NCBI GenBank assembly: GCA_965225945.1
Contig: CBDDBZ010000036.1
Coordinates: 288,001-352,000, forward strand
DNA: 64,000 bases
Reading direction: 5' to 3'
Source of the DNA: Alphaproteobacteria bacterium
GTDB lineage: Bacteria > Pseudomonadota > Alphaproteobacteria > GCA-2731375
Part shown: one piece after another, positions 21,349 through 31,143 of the stretch
Layout: every line of letters begins with the position of its first letter
Position numbering within the stretch: position 1 is the stretch's first letter
Notes under the pieces: generated by a model
Seen by the model: only the letters and a program-made list of their open reading frames with translations
The model's database searches: none
Told to the model about the DNA's origin: nothing
Made by a program: the position numbers and the translations under genes

Positions 21349-22998
21349 TTACGATCCTATGTTCCGGAGCTCCGCCTTGGCGGCGAGATAGGCCGGAAGC
21401 GTCTTCAGATCGATCGCGACGGCGGCGCGGAAATGCGCCGCCGCTGCCGCGCTGTCGCCGTTCACGAGCGCGTGTTGACCGACATAGAAGTTGGCCTCGG
21501 TTTGCTGTCGGCGACGGGCCGTCTCGTCGCCGTTCTCCGCCTGTGCCCGAACCCGCCCCTCGCCCGCCTGGCCGAGATAGAGTGCCACCACCGCCTCCGG
21601 CCAGCCGGTTCGATCCGCCACCCGCCCGACGGTTCGCGACAGCCGCTGGCGACCCTCGAGACCGGAGCGGGTCTCCGCGAGATAGAGCCAGAGCATGGCG
21701 TCGACGTTTCTGGGCTCTTGCCGCAGGGCCTTGGCCAAATCAGGCATCGCGGCTGCGTGCAGCCCGGCCCGGAAGCGTGCCATGCCCCGCCCGCTCAGCG
21801 CCGCGAAATTTCGCTTGTCGCGCGCCAAGGCCTGATCGAAGTCTTGGATCGCCCGTGCGTCGTCCCCCAGCACGGCGAAAGCGAGGCCGCGGGTCGTATA
21901 ATTGCGGGGATCCTCCCCATCCGAGGCGATCGCCTTGTTGAGGCTGCGAATGGCGCCCCGGTAATCGCCGGCGCCGACCCGGAGATGGCCCTGAATGCGC
22001 CGCGCCACGGCGTTCTCCGGCCGGCTCGCCAGGATCGGATCGATATCGCGCGCCGCGCCCTCCAGATCGCCCCGGCGCTCATAAGCCAACGCGCGGGCGA
22101 TACGGGATTCGACATCATCCGGCAGGGCGGCGATGACGGTATTTAGATCTCGGATCGCCGCCTCGTCATCTCCGGCCGCGATCAGCAGTTTGGACCTGAC
22201 GGCGAAGCCGTCCGTGAAGTCGGGGCTGAGCGTCAGCAGTTTGTCGAGATCATTCATCGCCTCCTTCGTCCGGCCTTCGCCCAGCAACAGGTTGGCGCGG
22301 TTCAGATAGGCCTCGGCGTAGTCGGAATTGATTGCGATGGCGTAGGTGAAATCCTCGAGGGCGCTCTTCTTGTCGCCCAACGCCACCTGCAGCAGACCGC
22401 GATAATTGTAGGCGTCCGCGCGCCCGGGCGCGAGCCGCACGACTTGTTCGAAATCGGAACTGGCAAGGCTGAATTCGCGCATTTTCTGATAGGCGATCGC
22501 GCGGCCGAAATAGCTGTCCGCGATCTCCGGCCGGGCGAGGATCGCCTTGCCGTAGTCGTTGATGGCGTGCTGCAGATAGCCGAGGCGGACGTAGGATCGC
22601 GCCCGACCGTGATATGCCGGGGCAAATTTCGGCTTGAGTTTCAGGGTGACGGCGAAGTCGCGCGCCGCATCGGCGTCGCGGCCCAGGTCCTGGTTCGCCA
22701 GCGCGCGGTTGAAGTAGGCGCTGGTCAGCCGAGGCGACAGCTTGATCGCTTGGCCGTAGTCGCGAACCGCCTCTTTCGCGCGCCCCAAGGCGCGGAGCGC
22801 AAGCCCCCGATTGACGAACGAGACCGCCCTGTTGGCGTCGTTCAATTCCTCCGACGCGATCGCCCGCGTGCAGACCGCGACACGTGCGCTCTGGTCCTTG
22901 CTCTCGAAGCAAAGCCGGGCGTCATCCCCCGCCGACTGTGCCATGGCCGTCGACGAGGCGATCGTCGCGATCAAGGCATATGCACAATATTGCCGCAT
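21349..22998 (-). CDS. Exported tetratricopeptide repeat protein with NlpI-like C-terminus
   Basis: Signal peptide; many AYFNR/AIxDY TPR units; C-terminal LWLYLA...WP..VVALYLG...EANFYVG. Confidence 0.88.
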   Translation of the reverse strand: MRQYCAYALIATIASSTAMAQSAGDDARLCFESKDQSARVAVCTRAIASEELNDANRAVSFVNRGLALRALGRAKEAVRDYGQAIKLSPRLTSAYFNRALANQDLGRDADAARDFAVTLKLKPKFAPAYHGRARSYVRLGYLQHAINDYGKAILARPEIADSYFGRAIAYQKMREFSLASSDFEQVVRLAPGRADAYNYRGLLQVALGDKKSALEDFTYAIAINSDYAEAYLNRANLLLGEGRTKEAMNDLDKLLTLSPDFTDGFAVRSKLLIAAGDDEAAIRDLNTVIAALPDDVESRIARALAYERRGDLEGAARDIDPILASRPENAVARRIQGHLRVGAGDYRGAIRSLNKAIASDGEDPRNYTTRGLAFAVLGDDARAIQDFDQALARDKRNFAALSGRGMARFRAGLHAAAMPDLAKALRQEPRNVDAMLWLYLAETRSGLEGRQRLSRTVGRVADRTGWPEAVVALYLGQAGEGRVRAQAENGDETARRRQQTEANFYVGQHALVNGDSAAAAAHFRAAVAIDLKTLPAYLAAKAELRNIGS

Positions 22999-23141
22999 CC
23001 CCCTGCCTCCCTGCAGCGCACGAACCCGTCAAGCTCCACCCACGACGGGTTTGCAAGGTAGTATGCGGGAAGCCGGGATGACGGGCAACGCCACCGAAAA
23101 ACCTTTTCGGTGCGTGGCAATATGGTCGCGCCCCCGGGCAG

Positions 23142-23309
23142 CGTCGGAGCGGATATCGGCGCCTTCCATCGGCGTCACCAGGGCGACTGCGCCAGGGTGA
23201 CGCCGGTTGCCTTGCGACGCGTCGTCGGAGCGGATATCGGCGCCTTCCATCGGCGTCACCAGGGCGACTGCGCCAGGGTGACGCCGGTTGTCTTGCGACG
23301 CGTCGTCGG
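23142..23309. repeat. Intergenic tandem duplication, 2 x 81 bp, each unit with a hairpin
   Basis: Units start at 23142 and 23223 (1 mismatch); internal stem CGGCGTCACC...GGTGACGCCG. Confidence 0.92.
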
Positions 23310-23416
23310 CCTCGGATGGTCGGCGGCGGGTCGCGATATTCGAGAGGCGCGATGCGCCGGCGACGTTGATCGCCATCGAGGCATCTGAGACAGTGGCCGC
23401 GCAACCGAGGCGCGGC

Positions 23417-24580
23417 GTGAAACCAGCCAACGACATTCTCTCTGGTTACGGCACCACCGTCTTCGAGGTCATGTCCCGCCTCGCGGTGGAGCATGGGACG
23501 ATCAACCTCGGCCAGGGCTTTCCCGACGAGGAGGGCCCGGACAGCATGAAGCGGGTCGCCGACGAGGCGACGCGCGAGGCCTCCAACCAGTACCCGCCAA
23601 TGATGGGTATACCGGAGCTGCGCCAGGCGGTGGCGCGCCACGACAAGCGCTTCCACGACATCGATCTCGATTGGCGGCGCGAGGTGATGGTGACCTCGGG
23701 CGCCACCGAGGCGCTGGCCGCCAGCCTGCTGGCGCTGATCAACCCGGGCGACGAGGTGGTGCTGTTCGAGCCGCTCTACGACAGCTACCTGCCGATGGTC
23801 CGCCGGGCGGGCGGCGTGGCGAAACTGGTGCGTCTGTCGCCCCCCGACTGGGTCCTGCCGGAAGCGGAGCTGGCGGCCGCCTTCTCCGAGCGAACCAAGC
23901 TCCTGTTGCTGAACAATCCGATGAACCCCACGGGCAAGGTGTTCACGGCGGGGGAACTCGCCCAGATCGCTGGCCTGCTGCGGCACCACGACGCCTATGG
24001 CGTCTGCGACGAAGTCTACGAGCACCTGGTGCTGGACGACAGGGCCCATGTTCCTCTGCTGACACTCCCCGGCATGCGCGAGCGCTGCATCCGCATCGGT
24101 TCGGCCGGCAAGACCTTCTCGATGACCGGCTGGAAGGTCGGCTACCTCACCGCCGCGCCCGAGTTGCTGGGGGTGATCGCCAAGGCGCACCAGTTCCTGG
24201 TCTTCACCACGCCGCCCAACCTCCAGCGCGCCGTCGCCCACGGTCTCGACCATGAAATCGACTGGTACACCGGCCTCAAAGCTTCGCTCCGGGCCAAGCG
24301 GGATTTCCTGCGCGATTCCCTGGCAGGGATCGGCTTCGAGGTGCTCGAGTGTTCGTCCACTTATTTCATGAATGTCGATTTTCGGCCCCTCGGTTTCGAC
24401 GGCGGCGATGTCGAGTTTTGCCGCCACCTGACGATCGAGGCCGGCGTCACCGTGGTGCCGGTGAGCGCGCTTTACGCCGAACGGGGGGTCGAGCATCTGG
24501 TCCGCTTCTGCTTCTGCAAGCGCGACGAGGTGTTGAGCGCCGCGGTGGAGCGTCTGGAGGCGCATTTCACGACTTCTTGA
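23417..24580 (+). CDS. PLP-dependent aminotransferase (YbdL/DapC-like)
   Basis: INLGQGFPD, NQYPP, TSGATEAL and SAGKTFSMTGWKVG motifs; GTG start. Confidence 0.93.
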   Translation: MKPANDILSGYGTTVFEVMSRLAVEHGTINLGQGFPDEEGPDSMKRVADEATREASNQYPPMMGIPELRQAVARHDKRFHDIDLDWRREVMVTSGATEALAASLLALINPGDEVVLFEPLYDSYLPMVRRAGGVAKLVRLSPPDWVLPEAELAAAFSERTKLLLLNNPMNPTGKVFTAGELAQIAGLLRHHDAYGVCDEVYEHLVLDDRAHVPLLTLPGMRERCIRIGSAGKTFSMTGWKVGYLTAAPELLGVIAKAHQFLVFTTPPNLQRAVAHGLDHEIDWYTGLKASLRAKRDFLRDSLAGIGFEVLECSSTYFMNVDFRPLGFDGGDVEFCRHLTIEAGVTVVPVSALYAERGVEHLVRFCFCKRDEVLSAAVERLEAHFTTS

Positions 24581-24684
24581 CCAGGGCGGCTCCGGCGGTC
24601 GTGGCGCAGCGATTGCCAGAGCCCGCCGCTTGGCGGACAATCGGATCGATCATGAGGTTCGCGTGCCCCCGGCCGCCGACGCCG

Positions 24685-24786
24685 CGACCCGGCCGCCCGC
24701 GAGGTCGCGGGCGCATCCGACCCGGCCGCCCGCGAGGTCGCGGGCGCATCCGACCCGGCCGCCCGCGAGGTCGCGGGCGCATCCGA
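24685..24786. repeat. Tandem repeat, 3 x 33 bp, each unit with a palindromic core
   Basis: CGACCCGGCCGCCCGCGAGGTCGCGGGCGCATC at 24685, 24718 and 24751. Confidence 0.95.
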
Positions 24787-24800
24787 ATGGTGAGGTACGC

Positions 24801-25535
24801 ATGACGAATCGATCGAAGCAGACCCCTATCGCGAGCGTGCCCGTCTCGGCCGCCGACGCCACGTTGCCACGCTGGGGCTTCCTGCTGGCGTCGGGCGTCG
24901 CCTTGTTGTCGCTTCTGACGCCCGGCCTCGCCAAGGCCCAGCCGGGCATCGGATCCGTCAGCTACGTCCGGGTCTGGGCCTATGGCTCCAAGAGTGCCGA
25001 CAAATGGCGGGATCTCTTCACCCACGACGCCGTCGTCGCCCAGCAGGGGGTGCGGACTGTCCCGAAGGGCGCCGCCCACATCCGTTTTGTCGACGGCACG
25101 GATCTCCGCATCGGCGGCTCCTCGGAGCTGGTGCTCGACGAGTTCGTCTACGACGCCGCTGGCGGCGCGGGCGCCTTTACCACCAACATGACCAAGGGCA
25201 TCCTGCGCATGGTGACCGGCAAGCTCGCCAAGCAGGGCATCCAGATCAGGACGCCGTCCGCGCTGATCGGCGTGCGCGGCACCGATTTCATCGTCGCCGT
25301 GTTGGCAAGCGGCGCGACCATTGTTTCAGTGCTCGTGGGCTTGGTCGAGGTCACGCCGGCCGCGGGTGGCGATTCCTCTGAGGTCGGTGTCGGATCGACC
25401 GCGACCGTGGCCGTGGGCGCCACCACCGTCACCATCACCACCGCACCGCCACCCGCCGATGACGGCATCGAGGACGACGCCGAACTCCAGCGCGAACTCG
25501 GATGGGACGGCGGCGACGTCGACCACCAAAATTAG
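24801..25535 (+). CDS. Exported FecR-domain protein
   Basis: FVDGTDLRIG..S.L.LDEFVYD and IRTPSALIGVRGT motifs; signal peptide. Confidence 0.85.
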   Translation: MTNRSKQTPIASVPVSAADATLPRWGFLLASGVALLSLLTPGLAKAQPGIGSVSYVRVWAYGSKSADKWRDLFTHDAVVAQQGVRTVPKGAAHIRFVDGTDLRIGGSSELVLDEFVYDAAGGAGAFTTNMTKGILRMVTGKLAKQGIQIRTPSALIGVRGTDFIVAVLASGATIVSVLVGLVEVTPAAGGDSSEVGVGSTATVAVGATTVTITTAPPPADDGIEDDAELQRELGWDGGDVDHQN

Positions 25536-25757
25536 GTCGGACGGCGCGGGGCCGGCGGATCGCGTCGCCCTCGGCCCATGGCGGGTCGGTAGTGTCTCAG
25601 TTTGAAAACGACGGGGGTTGACACGCCCTAGGGGCACGGAGCAGGCGAATCACCTCTACGGAGGCTTTGGCTGCCGAGTCAAGGGCTTTCTCAAGATTTT
25701 TATGGGATGTTAGGTTCGGAGTTGATATATATATGACCTGTAGGAACACTGTAGTGG

Positions 25758-25827
25758 CGCTAGTCTCCTCAGTCCCTCTAGGCTCGCGCCATTTGGCGCG
25801 AGCCTAGAGGGACTGAGGAGACTAGCG
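25758..25827. repeat. Perfect 34-bp inverted repeat with a 2-nt spacer
   Basis: CGCTAGTCTCCTCAGTCCCTCTAGGCTCGCGCCA-TT-TGGCGCGAGCCTAGAGGGACTGAGGAGACTAGCG. Confidence 0.97.
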
Positions 25828-25850
25828 GGTACGCATGTCAAGGAGGACAG

Positions 25851-26069
25851 ATGCCCAGAGGCCCCCGAGGCGAGAGACGACCGGCTGACTTGGTAGCCCG
25901 AGCCGTGATGGTGGCGAAGATCGCCACGGGCGAGATCGCGGAGGAGCTTGTCGAGCCGTCTGGCCGGGTGAAGAGCGGGAAGGCTGGGGGCAGGGCGCGG
26001 GCAGAGGCCCTAACGCCGGAGGACAGAAGCGCCATAGCCAAGAGGGCAGCGGCGGCAAGGTGGGAGTGA
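25851..26069 (+). CDS. Small basic protein typical of IS1-type passenger regions (putative nucleic-acid binding)
   Basis: AAGGAGG RBS; RPADL...AV.VAKIATGE...GKAGGRARAEALTPE.R.AIAKRAA.ARW. Confidence 0.8.
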   Translation: MPRGPRGERRPADLVARAVMVAKIATGEIAEELVEPSGRVKSGKAGGRARAEALTPEDRSAIAKRAAAARWE

Positions 26070-26074
26070 AGGTC

Positions 26075-26380
26075 ATGGATAATGGAAGCGTCCTGATTCT
26101 CTACAAGTACGTCGATGGCGCCCACTTCTTCATTGGTGGAGACAAGATGTCAGATGGAGTCTGTGTGGCAAACGCTGATATTTATGTTGCATATCACGAG
26201 GTTACCGCGCAGCTAGCCATTCTTGCCAAGGAAAATTTTTACCTTGCCTATCCGGTTATCACCCACACCCACTATATGTATATGCAGGCGAAGGGCCGGC
26301 GCAGGCGCACGTTTAATTCACGTCACGTATTTAACATCGGGGGACGGAACGGGATGAAACGACATCGTCTGAGCGATTGA
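26075..26380 (+). CDS. Hypothetical passenger protein, N-terminus weakly HicB-like
   Basis: Follows the previous ORF closely; beta-beta-beta-alpha-like pattern (YKYVDGAHFF...VCVA...AYHEV). Confidence 0.4.
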   Translation: MDNGSVLILYKYVDGAHFFIGGDKMSDGVCVANADIYVAYHEVTAQLAILAKENFYLAYPVITHTHYMYMQAKGRRRRTFNSRHVFNIGGRNGMKRHRLSD

Positions 26381-27136
26381 CGGCACTAGTCGAAGAAAGC
26401 GACGCGCTGGCACGAATCCTGTTAGTCTCCTGCGCGTTTTGAGTCGCAGCGAAGACGAAGCGACACGCAAGAACGTGATCCTCAATCCGTTTACTTCATA
26501 TGCGTTCACAGAGCAGAATCCTACAATTCTGGAATATTCCATCGGTGTCGTTCACCTCCGATTTCAGCAATGAAGTGACGGTCCTTTATGCAACGTGGCG
26601 TTTTGCCAAATCCGACTCATTTCGCTAAAGTGTTCGCCTTGCCAAGGCACACTACATATAGTGGGTGTGGGTGATAACCGGATAGGCAAGGAGTGGACTT
26701 TCGAGCCAGAGGTCTCGCCTGAAGAATTAACCGAGTGGGTGCGGGACAGCTCTGCCCGAAAAAGGCAAGCAAAATCCTACCGTTACCACAGGCGCTCGTC
26801 CCCTGGGGTGAGCAGGGGGCGTTGGTCGCCGCTTACGGATGATTGTTGCCAACGAGGATATGGTCGTTAACAAGATCCTCGCGAGTGGCGCGAAACGGAG
26901 GACTGATCTGGAAACGGATCGGTCCTTTTGCTTTGAAGGGCCAGAGATGGGGCCTGATAGCAAGCCAAAAATATTCTTTATTACCAAGTCGGTAGATGGC
27001 ATTGGGTACACTGTTGGGCAGCTTGAGACCATTGAGGACTCATTGAGAAATCGAGCAATCGATCTCTTCCCTCTCGATCCCCATTTAAACTGAAAAAAAT
27101 GCTTGATATTGTGAAATAGATCACTATATCAAGTGC

Positions 27137-28033
27137 ATGAACAGGCTGCCCATTGAGAAACGCGCTCAAATCCTTCATATGCTGGTCGAGGGGTCGTCCA
27201 TGCGGTCGATCTCCCGCGTTGCCGACGTTTCCATCAACGTTGCCGACGTTTCCATCAACACGGTGACGAAGCTCATGGTGGAAGCCGGCGAGGCGTGCGC
27301 CGCATACCATAACGAGCACGTTAGGAACGTGAAGGCGGCTCGCATCCAGTGCGATGAAATCTGGGCCTTTTGCTACGCCAAGCAGAAGAACGTCGCGAAG
27401 GCGAAGCGGGCACCAGAGGATGCTGGCGACGTCTGGACGTGGACGGCGATCGAGGCCGATACCAAGCTTATCGTGTCCTACCTGGTCGGTGGCCGGGACA
27501 GCGAATATGCCAGTGAGTTCATGGACGACGTGGCTGACCGCCTCGCCAACCGGGTCCAGCTAACGACGGATGGGCACGCGGCATACCTCGAGGCCGTCGA
27601 GGGCGCGTTTGGCGCCGGCATCGACTACGCCCAATTGATCAAGCTCTATGGCCAGCCGCCGGAGGGCCAGCGGCGCTACAGCCCGCCGGTCTGCATCGGC
27701 GCCGTCACACGCAACATCGAGGGCAAGCCCGACAGGGATTACGTGAGCACGTCCTATGTCGAGCGCCAGAACCTCAGCATGAGAATGGGCATGCGCCGGT
27801 TCACACGGCTGACGAACGCGTTTTCGAAGAAGATCAACAACCACATTCACATGCTGTCGCTTTACTTCCTGCACTACAATTTCTGCCGGGTCCATAAGAC
27901 GTTGCGCATGTCCCCCGCGATGGCGGCGGGCGTCAGTACCACACTTCACAACATAGAATGGATCGTCGGATTGATCGACGCGCGGGCGCTGAAGCCGGGG
28001 CCGCGCGGGACGTACAAGAAGAGGGTCGCGTGA
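27137..28033 (+). CDS. IS1-family DDE transposase
   Basis: HTH (GSSMRSISR), IQCDEIWAF, LTTDG and STSYVERQNLSMRM..RRFTRLTNAFSKK motifs. Confidence 0.92.
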   Translation: MNRLPIEKRAQILHMLVEGSSMRSISRVADVSINVADVSINTVTKLMVEAGEACAAYHNEHVRNVKAARIQCDEIWAFCYAKQKNVAKAKRAPEDAGDVWTWTAIEADTKLIVSYLVGGRDSEYASEFMDDVADRLANRVQLTTDGHAAYLEAVEGAFGAGIDYAQLIKLYGQPPEGQRRYSPPVCIGAVTRNIEGKPDRDYVSTSYVERQNLSMRMGMRRFTRLTNAFSKKINNHIHMLSLYFLHYNFCRVHKTLRMSPAMAAGVSTTLHNIEWIVGLIDARALKPGPRGTYKKRVA

Positions 28034-28226
28034 CGAACTGGACTGAGATAGAACCAACTCTCTGGACTGGGATCTCTTATTCTGTTATGCGTGGGACCAG
28101 CGGTCGCCCGCCGCAGGGAAGCCACTCCCTTTGGCGAGCGATCCGACATAGGGTCAGCTTGGTGTTCTCATGTACCACCGCCTGGCCCGGCTTTACGGAC
28201 CTGCTTGGGCCGTGTTCCCTGGTTGG

Positions 28227-28700
28227 CTACACCAGGCTCGAATATGGAGACGCTTCACGCGAATGATCGTCCCCACGAGGTGAAGATTCAGAACCGTCCG
28301 ATGCCTCGGCCTCGGGCGGTTCTTCGTTTTGATCTGAGGCGAATCGGAAGAGACCGGGTTTGATCGCCTCAACATCGCCCGCTTCCTTTGCCATCCAAAT
28401 CAACGACCGCAGTGACGTGTTTTTCAGCGTCACGTCCTTTGCCGCCGCTCCGTCTATCAACTGCTTGTAAGTCATGCCCTCTGGCCCAGCGGCTTTGAGC
28501 AACTCCAATACAACGCTGGCCTGCGATCGCTTTGAATCTGCGATTCGCTTGCGTTCACGCTTCGGCCGGACCTGAGGTTTTGCCTTTTGGTACATCTCCA
28601 ACGCCTCGCGGAGGACATCGATGCGATTCCGTTGGCGTTCGATTAGGGCTTCGCCCTCGGCGATCTCAGCGTTTAGTTGCATCTCGTACGCGTCGAGCAT
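28227..28700 (-). CDS. Hypothetical passenger protein (coiled coil plus winged-helix-like)
   Basis: AGGAGG RBS before MLDAYE; heptad N-terminus, then VLELLKAAGPEGMTYKQLI...SLRSLIW. Confidence 0.6.
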   Translation of the reverse strand: MLDAYEMQLNAEIAEGEALIERQRNRIDVLREALEMYQKAKPQVRPKRERKRIADSKRSQASVVLELLKAAGPEGMTYKQLIDGAAAKDVTLKNTSLRSLIWMAKEAGDVEAIKPGLFRFASDQNEEPPEAEASDGSESSPRGDDHSREASPYSSLV

Positions 28701-29060
28701 GGGTTGCCTCCTCTTCGGAGCGCCACGTTTAAACGGGAATGGACGCGGAGTCCACAGAAATTTTTCACGAACGGACGCTGGCATATCTAGCGATTGGGGA
28801 TGGAGTAGCCGCTAGATTTGGTACAAAAAGCGTTTCCTGAATGGCTGGCTGATGCCGTCTATAGATTACGTGGTTCGAATCGGTCGTCAGAATTCCGAAT
28901 CGCGCGATGAAGCTGTCGATGGCCGCATTGCCCTCTCCTCAAGCCGAGCGGCGGTGGGCCTGAGAATGCCATGCAAGAAAAGAATTCAAACTGAGACACT
29001 ACCGGCGGGTCTGCCGGCTTGACGGGCCGGGGCCGATCGCGTATGTGCGGGCCCTCCCGT

Positions 29061-29138
29061 GGCGGGTGTAGCTCAGTCGGTTAGAGCGCCAGATTGTGGA
29101 TCTGGAGGTCGGCGGTTCGATCCCGCTCACTCGCCCCA
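29061..29138 (+). tRNA. tRNA-His (GTG) with G-1 and encoded CCA
   Basis: Acceptor GGCGGGTG/CACTCGCC-CCA; anticodon arm CCAGA-TTGTGGA-TCTGG; T-loop GGTTCGATCC. Confidence 0.97.
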
Positions 29139-29319
29139 AGCTATCCTTTTGAAATCGTTGGGCGAATAGGCGGTTTCGGCGGTTCTCCAGCGTGGAACGT
29201 GGGGGCAGCTTGTCCGATTTTTCGAGTTGGCTGTCGGACGCTCGTCTGATGGACGGACTCGCGCGTTGTCCTGGTGTTCGCCGTCGGCCGCTGGATTGCC
29301 ACGTGACATGGCGACGTCC

Positions 29320-29516
29320 ACCCGCGGGTGCGCGGGGGCGTTTCGGCGCTCGGAACTCGTGGTAATCATGTTCCGGAACATCGAATGGCGGGCCGACGGC
29401 ATCGCCATCACCCGCCAGCGGAGCAAAACCAATCAATATGGTGCCGGCCAGCAAGTGGTCATTTCACGGGGTAGGGGAAGCATGTGCCCCATCCAGGCTC
29501 TTGAAGATTGGCTGAG
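29320..29516 (+). pseudogene. Tyrosine recombinase/integrase fragment truncated by IS21
   Basis: GAFRRSELV...RSKTNQYGAG...CPIQALEDWL covers the catalytic R and K region. Confidence 0.8.
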
Positions 29517-29631
29517 TGTGGAACGGCGTGCAAAGTTGACCCCTGTTGAGGGGTGATCGGCGTCCAAATTTGACCCCCTGAGCCTGGCTAGTCCAAGTCA
29601 CCTCGTTTTTGGGCGGACGAGGTGGTGGGGG

Positions 29632-31143
29632 ATGTTGGTCGTGGAGACGATAGCGCGGATCCGGCGGGAGTATTTTGTCAAGGGGAAGCCGATCAAGGAG
29701 ATCGTGCGGGACGTGAAGGTCTCGGGCAACACGGTGCGCAAGGTGATCCGTTCGCAGGCGACGGCGTTCACCTACGACCGGCGGGTCCAGCCGATGCCGA
29801 AGCTGGGGCCGTGGACGGCCGAGCTGGAGCGGATGCTGGAGGCCAACGAGACCAAGTCGAAGCGGGAGCGGCTGACGCTGCTACGGATCTCCGAAGCCCT
29901 CGAGGGTCTGGGCTATGGCGGCGGCTACGACGCGGTGCGGCGCTACGCCAAGGCGTGGCGGTGGCGCCGTTCGGCATCGACGGCGCAGACCTATGTGCCG
30001 TTGGTGTTCTCGCCGGGCGAGGCCTATCAGTTCGACTGGAGCCACGAGTACGTGGTGCTGGCGGGGGTGACGACCAAGGTCAAGGTCGCGCACGTCCGGC
30101 TGTGCCACAGCCGAATGTTCTTCGTCCGCGCTTATCCGCGCGAGAGCCAGGAGATGGTGTTCGACGCCCACGACCGGGCATTCCGGCTGTTCCAGGGTGC
30201 CTGCCGGCGAGGCATCTACGACAACATGAAGACGGCGGTGCAGACCGTCCTCATCGGCAAGGAGCGCGCGTTCAACCGGCGCTTCGTGCAGATGTGTGGC
30301 CACTACCTGGTCGAACCGACAGCATGCACGCCGGGAGCGGGATGGGAGAAGGGGCAGGTCGAGAACCAGGTCGGGATCATCCGCGGTCGGTTCTTCACCC
30401 CGCGGCTGCGCTTCAAGACCTACGACGAGCTCAACGCCTGGCTCTTGGACCAGTGCGTCGCCTACGCCCGGCGTCATCCCCACCCGGTGTTCAAGGACAG
30501 GACTGTCTGGCAGGTGTTCGAGGACGAGCGTCCGTCCCTGGTCGGCTATCGCGGGCCGTTCGACGGCTTCCACGCGGTCCCGGCGTCGGTGTCGAAGACC
30601 TGCCTGGTGCGCTTCGACAGCAACAAGTACAGCGTGGCGGCGCGCGCCGTCGGCCGTCCGGTCGAGGTCCATGCCTACGCCGATCGCATCGTCATCCGCC
30701 AGGACGGCGAGATCGTCGCCGAGCATGCCCGGCGCTTCGGCCGCGACCAGACCGTCTATGACCCGTGGCACTACGTGCCCGTGCTGGCGAGGAAGCCCGG
30801 TGCGCTTCGTAACGGCGCGCCGTTCAAGGACTGGGCGCTGCCCGGCGCCCTGGGTCGCGTGCGCGTCCGGCTCGCCGGCCACGACGACGGCGACAGGCAG
30901 ATGGTCGAGATCCTCACCGCCGTGCTGGCGGATGGGCTGGCGGCGGTGGAGGCCGCCTGTGCCGAGGCGCTCGCTGGCGGCGTGTGCAGCGCCGACGTCG
31001 TGCTCAACATCCTCAATCGTCGGCGCCAGCCGTCCGAGACGGCGCCGATCCCGACGCCCGCGAACCTGCGTCTTCGCTTTGAGCCGGTGGCCGATTGCAC
31101 CCGCTACGACCGCTTGAGGGGGGTCGGCCATGGAGCGCCATGA
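29632..31143 (+). CDS. istA: IS21 transposase
   Basis: [17 protein letters not shown] and EKGQVE DDE motifs. Confidence 0.96.
   Translation: MLVVETIARIRREYFVKGKPIKEIVRDVKVSGNTVRKVIRSQATAFTYDRRVQPMPKLGPWTAELERMLEANETKSKRERLTLLRISEALEGLGYGGGYDAVRRYAKAWRWRRSASTAQTYVPLVFSPGEAYQFDWSHEYVVLAGVTTKVKVAHVRLCHSRMFFVRAYPRESQEMVFDAHDRAFRLFQGACRRGIYDNMKTAVQTVLIGKERAFNRRFVQMCGHYLVEPTACTPGAGWEKGQVENQVGIIRGRFFTPRLRFKTYDELNAWLLDQCVAYARRHPHPVFKDRTVWQVFEDERPSLVGYRGPFDGFHAVPASVSKTCLVRFDSNKYSVAARAVGRPVEVHAYADRIVIRQDGEIVAEHARRFGRDQTVYDPWHYVPVLARKPGALRNGAPFKDWALPGALGRVRVRLAGHDDGDRQMVEILTAVLADGLAAVEAACAEALAGGVCSADVVLNILNRRRQPSETAPIPTPANLRLRFEPVADCTRYDRLRGVGHGAP

Larger units (their letters stand above)
25588..29003 (+). 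mobile_element. IS1-family transporter IS with passenger ORFs, 3416 bp
   Basis: 19-bp perfect TIR GGTAGTGTCTCAGTTTGAA (25588-25606 / 28985-29003); 8-bp TSD GGCGGGTC (25580-25587 / 29004-29011); interior GC is lower. Confidence 0.92.

Noticed and set aside
23142-23309. CRISPR array
   Set aside because: Only two near-identical 81-bp units, with no repeat-spacer alternation
24685-24786. CRISPR array
   Set aside because: The repeats are directly adjacent with no unique spacers, and there are no cas genes in the window
25758-25827. Intrinsic terminator or protelomerase telomere site as a firm call
   Set aside because: No U-tract and no protelomerase gene in the window; kept only as an unexplained palindrome
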